A stretch of DNA of 48,163 nt, taken from positions 1 to 48,163 of the forward strand of contig JBLHEU010000001.1 of NCBI GenBank assembly GCA_047614525.1. Direction: 5' to 3'. A program made the translations under genes and the position numbers. Source of the stretch: Bacteroidia bacterium. GTDB lineage: Bacteria > Bacteroidota > Bacteroidia > UBA10329. Below, in pieces: positions 45,515 through 48,163 of the stretch (its first letter is position 1; each line of letters starts with the position of its first letter). The notes below the pieces were generated by a model, which saw only the letters and a list, made by a program, of their open reading frames with translations, was not told the DNA's origin and did not search any database.

Positions 45515-46609
45515 TTATTGCTTAATTAAACGCTTAAAGGTTTTTCCGTTAGCTGTTTCTAGCTCTAGAATGTAAACGCCAGCTGGTGCCGTTTGCATGT
45601 CTAAAGTGTAAACAACAGACCCAGAAATGGTGTTGCTTCTAAGTACTTTACCAGAAACATCTATAATTCTAACCGTTAATGCATCTGTGTTATCTAACTG
45701 TAGGTTAAATAAACCATTGCTTGGGTTAGGGTAAACGCTGGCGTTAATGCCTGCAATTTCATCCAAACCTGTAGGGTTTGCTGTAATGCTTTTTTGGTCG
45801 TTACCGCTACATCCATCATCCGTTAAATCAACCTCAAGGCTTCCACTACCAGCCCACTCAACAGTAACCTCATTGGTTCCTTGCCCGGCAGTAATAGTTC
45901 CGTTAGTAGCTGTCCAAACGTATGTTACATTAGGGTCGTTTGGTACAGAATAGGTTTCTGGTGTAGCTGGATCTACATTTTCGCTTCCTGCAATTGTTGT
46001 ACTAATGTCAGCGTAGTCTGTAGGCACTACAAGTGTATCTAGTATAAAGAAAGCACCGCCACCAACACTTGCATCTATTGTGCTAACCCATTGTTCTCCG
46101 CCAATAAAGCCTAGAGCAAATCCAGGTTCGGTAGCTGCAACGTATGCATCTACTTCAAAAACAAGTGGGTATTCTCCATCGCTATTTGGACCTCCGCCAA
46201 CGGCATTGTCCCAATCTCCTCCTGAACCTGTTACAAATGCACAACCGAAGGCTGCCGTTTGGTTAGGCGTAGCGCCTGTATTGTCCCAGTATCCCCAAGG
46301 CCCATCAACATCCATAGAAGCCATTACATCGGTACTAAGTGTTAAGCCAGCTGGCAGACCAACAACACTATTAATCCTCATTCTAGTAATGTAAAGGGTT
46401 GCCGTACCAATAATTTGAATACCGGTAACCGTGGTGTCCGTAAGACTGATGATTGTTTTAGGTGCAATTAACTCGCAGCTTGGACCTAATGGGCCAGCAG
46501 GGTACAGTCCAGCAGGAGAACCAACAAAACTTGCATCTGGTGTGCAAGATTGTGCAATAGCACCAACAGAGAAGAACGCTGCAGACGCGATAAGTAGAAG
46601 TTTTTTCAT
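45515..46609 (-). CDS. T9SS-secreted protein of unknown function with a PKD-like module and type-A C-terminal sorting domain
   Basis: Signal peptide 'MKKLLLIASAAFFSVGAIAQ'. C-terminal 'VYPNPSNGLFNLQL...GVYILELE'. Confidence 0.75.
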   Translation of the reverse strand: MKKLLLIASAAFFSVGAIAQSCTPDASFVGSPAGLYPAGPLGPSCELIAPKTIISLTDTTVTGIQIIGTATLYITRMRINSVVGLPAGLTLSTDVMASMDVDGPWGYWDNTGATPNQTAAFGCAFVTGSGGDWDNAVGGGPNSDGEYPLVFEVDAYVAATEPGFALGFIGGEQWVSTIDASVGGGAFFILDTLVVPTDYADISTTIAGSENVDPATPETYSVPNDPNVTYVWTATNGTITAGQGTNEVTVEWAGSGSLEVDLTDDGCSGNDQKSITANPTGLDEIAGINASVYPNPSNGLFNLQLDNTDALTVRIIDVSGKVLRSNTISGSVVYTLDMQTAPAGVYILELETANGKTFKRLIKQ

Positions 46610-46636
46610 GTTATAGAATGTTGTTTTAAGACGTAC

Positions 46637-46644
46637 CAAATATA
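46637..46644 (-). promoter_or_regulatory. -7 promoter box TATATTTG for the 45515-46609 gene
   Basis: Perfect TAnnTTTG on the minus strand, 27 nt upstream of the ATG at 46609. Confidence 0.4.
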
Positions 46645-46679
46645 ATACGTTCAACAATATTATCAATTCTTCTATCTGG

Positions 46680-47645
46680 CTATTGTATAGCTACGCTGTT
46701 AAGAATAGCATCTACCTGTCTTAGGTAATTGCGTTTCTTTTTTCCTGGGGCAAACACAAAACCATGTACGTAGGTTACTTTGGTTTCGGTTGGGTCTAGC
46801 AGGGCATAGCAAACAAACGGACCGCCCATTAAGGCGCCATCTACATCCCAAAGGCCAGTAACTTTAGAGGCATAGGCACCGCCAATAGAGGTTTCTTTAA
46901 ACGCCAGCGGATAATCGGTGTAAAGAGACATAAAGGTGCCATCGTCTGGCCCCGGAACATAGTTTTTGCAATAAGCAGATATGGCTTCAATCATGCCTTG
47001 TTTGGTAAATGTATTTGTCTTGCTGTATGGTTCAGTATAGATGACAATGTTCTGAGAGATGTCTTTATTATCATGGCGCAGCCAAGCAAAATTCTCTTCA
47101 TCGCTAATTAGTTTATACCCTTTAGGCATAACCAGTTTAACCCCATGCTTATTTCTCAGCGTTGATGTTATCCCTTCGTTAATTTGAGCTTTGTAACTCT
47201 TTAGCGTTCTTTCCTCTTCGGCATTTAGCACATGGCCTATAATCTGTTGCAAATTTGTACCGAAAAGAGAAACAAACTCGGCTACAGAAGGGGCTTTAAT
47301 TTCAACAACCACTTGGCCATTTGCCCACTTGTTCTTAACCAGTTCTATTGATGCTTTTTGGTCAGCTCCAATCATAACATAAACTATGTTTCTGTGCGTT
47401 TGAAAGATTTTGGTAAACGCAGAACTTTTGATGTGTACAACGTTAAACATCGGTTCTGGCTGAGGCAGCCCATAAACATCTTGTGCCAAGGCGCTAAAAA
47501 CCGTGTCGCCAGCGAGGCTTTTCCAAAGCACCTCATCCATAACCACAACTAACTCTCCGGCTTTACCAGTAGTGCCCGGTAAAGGGGCGTCAGGAAATTC
47601 GCATGCGCTTAGTAATACAACGATACACAGAAAGAAGACCCTCAT
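46680..47645 (-). CDS. Lipoprotein of unknown function (DUF4837-like)
   Basis: Lipobox 'VVLLSAC'. It starts immediately after the stop of the LysM gene. The family name is from memory of Bacteroidota genomes. Confidence 0.55.
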   Translation of the reverse strand: MRVFFLCIVVLLSACEFPDAPLPGTTGKAGELVVVMDEVLWKSLAGDTVFSALAQDVYGLPQPEPMFNVVHIKSSAFTKIFQTHRNIVYVMIGADQKASIELVKNKWANGQVVVEIKAPSVAEFVSLFGTNLQQIIGHVLNAEEERTLKSYKAQINEGITSTLRNKHGVKLVMPKGYKLISDEENFAWLRHDNKDISQNIVIYTEPYSKTNTFTKQGMIEAISAYCKNYVPGPDDGTFMSLYTDYPLAFKETSIGGAYASKVTGLWDVDGALMGGPFVCYALLDPTETKVTYVHGFVFAPGKKKRNYLRQVDAILNSVAIQ

Positions 47646-48163
47646 TTATCCAATCTTAAGCTTAGAGCCGATTTTAAGTCGGTAATGGTTATTAATGTTG
47701 TTTAACGATCTGAGTTTATCAACCGAGATGCCGTTTTTCTTGGCAATGTCCCAAAGTGTATCTCCCGACTGAATGGTATGGTAAACCCCTTTACCGTTGG
47801 TAGATGCAGTGGCCGTGCTGGTTGAAGGCTTTGGCTTTGCTGCTGAGCGTGAATAGACCACAAGATTTTGCCCTTCTCTAATCAGGTTTCCTCTGATGCC
47901 ATTCCAAGAGCGTAAATCAGAAACCCGAACGCGATAGCGTGCAGCAATACCGCCAAGTGTTTCTCCGCGTTTAATGCGATGCGTTTTTCGCACATCTTTC
48001 ATTATCTCGGTTTGCTTTGCGTAAGCATCGTTGGTTTTCTCCTTGCCTAAATCATAAATAGATTCTTTATGGGTGAGGAAAATGCCAATTTTGTCTTTAG
48101 GCAACGTGAGCGCATAACCCTCTTCACTCGTTGGAATAATGGCTTGTTTAAACGTTGGGTTGA
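47646..48163 (-). CDS. LysM-repeat peptidoglycan-binding protein (MltD-like lytic transglycosylase), C-terminal part. The 5' end lies outside the window.
   Basis: Two LysM repeats ('HRIKRGETLGGIAARYRVRVSDLRSWNGI', 'YHTIQSGDTLWDIAKKNGISVDKLRSLNNI'). The frame stays open upstream of the TTG at 48104 to the window edge ('NPTFKQAIIPTSEEGYALTLPKDK'). Confidence 0.8.
   Translation of the reverse strand, partial: NPTFKQAIIPTSEEGYALTLPKDKIGIFLTHKESIYDLGKEKTNDAYAKQTEIMKDVRKTHRIKRGETLGGIAARYRVRVSDLRSWNGIRGNLIREGQNLVVYSRSAAKPKPSTSTATASTNGKGVYHTIQSGDTLWDIAKKNGISVDKLRSLNNINNHYRLKIGSKLKIG

Noticed and set aside
1-48163. Search for CRISPR arrays, tRNA or rRNA genes, transposases, integrases, phage genes, toxin-antitoxin pairs or known defence-system genes
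   Set aside because: No regularly spaced direct repeats were found, and no ORF has recombinase, transposase, nuclease-helicase or reverse-transcriptase motifs. Every large ORF is accounted for by housekeeping or surface-protein families.

Overview
This window looks like a chromosomal, mostly core-genome segment of a Bacteroidota genome of the Flavobacteriia type. The taxon call rests on seven proteins with type-A T9SS C-terminal sorting domains, SprB-type repeats, several TAnnTTTG -7 promoter boxes, and the string pdxJ / CBS / nadK / DUF6089-like / uppS / bamA / ompH x2 / murI, which I recall as typical of Flavobacteriia. Housekeeping content includes pdxJ, nadK, uppS, bamA, two Skp/OmpH genes, murI, sucA-sucB, a NifU-type protein, a gamma-carbonic-anhydrase-family protein and an MDR oxidoreductase. 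Between these sit large secreted or surface proteins. I found no tRNA or rRNA genes, no CRISPR array, no transposase, integrase or phage genes, and no recognisable defence genes. The best candidate for an undescribed functional unit is a tight three-gene operon at 15381-21288. It encodes a T9SS lamin-tail-domain (LTD) protein, a TonB-dependent receptor and a T9SS endonuclease I, and is bounded by a perfect -7 box and an intrinsic terminator. I interpret it as a possible extracellular-DNA capture, degradation and uptake locus, but that is inference only. Secondary curiosities are listed below.
- A co-directional string at 39163-44512 encodes a Cys- and Gly-rich giant T9SS protein, NifU, a T9SS-exported thioredoxin-fold protein and a YkgJ Cys-cluster protein.
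- Two ORF-free structured regions end in intrinsic terminators and are possible sRNAs (33381-33527 and 45158-45495).
- A small gene is split at an A7 homopolymer (32991-33381).
- Palindromes overlap two promoters (7866-7889 and 22849-22882).
All family assignments come from reading motifs in the supplied translations. No database search was run.
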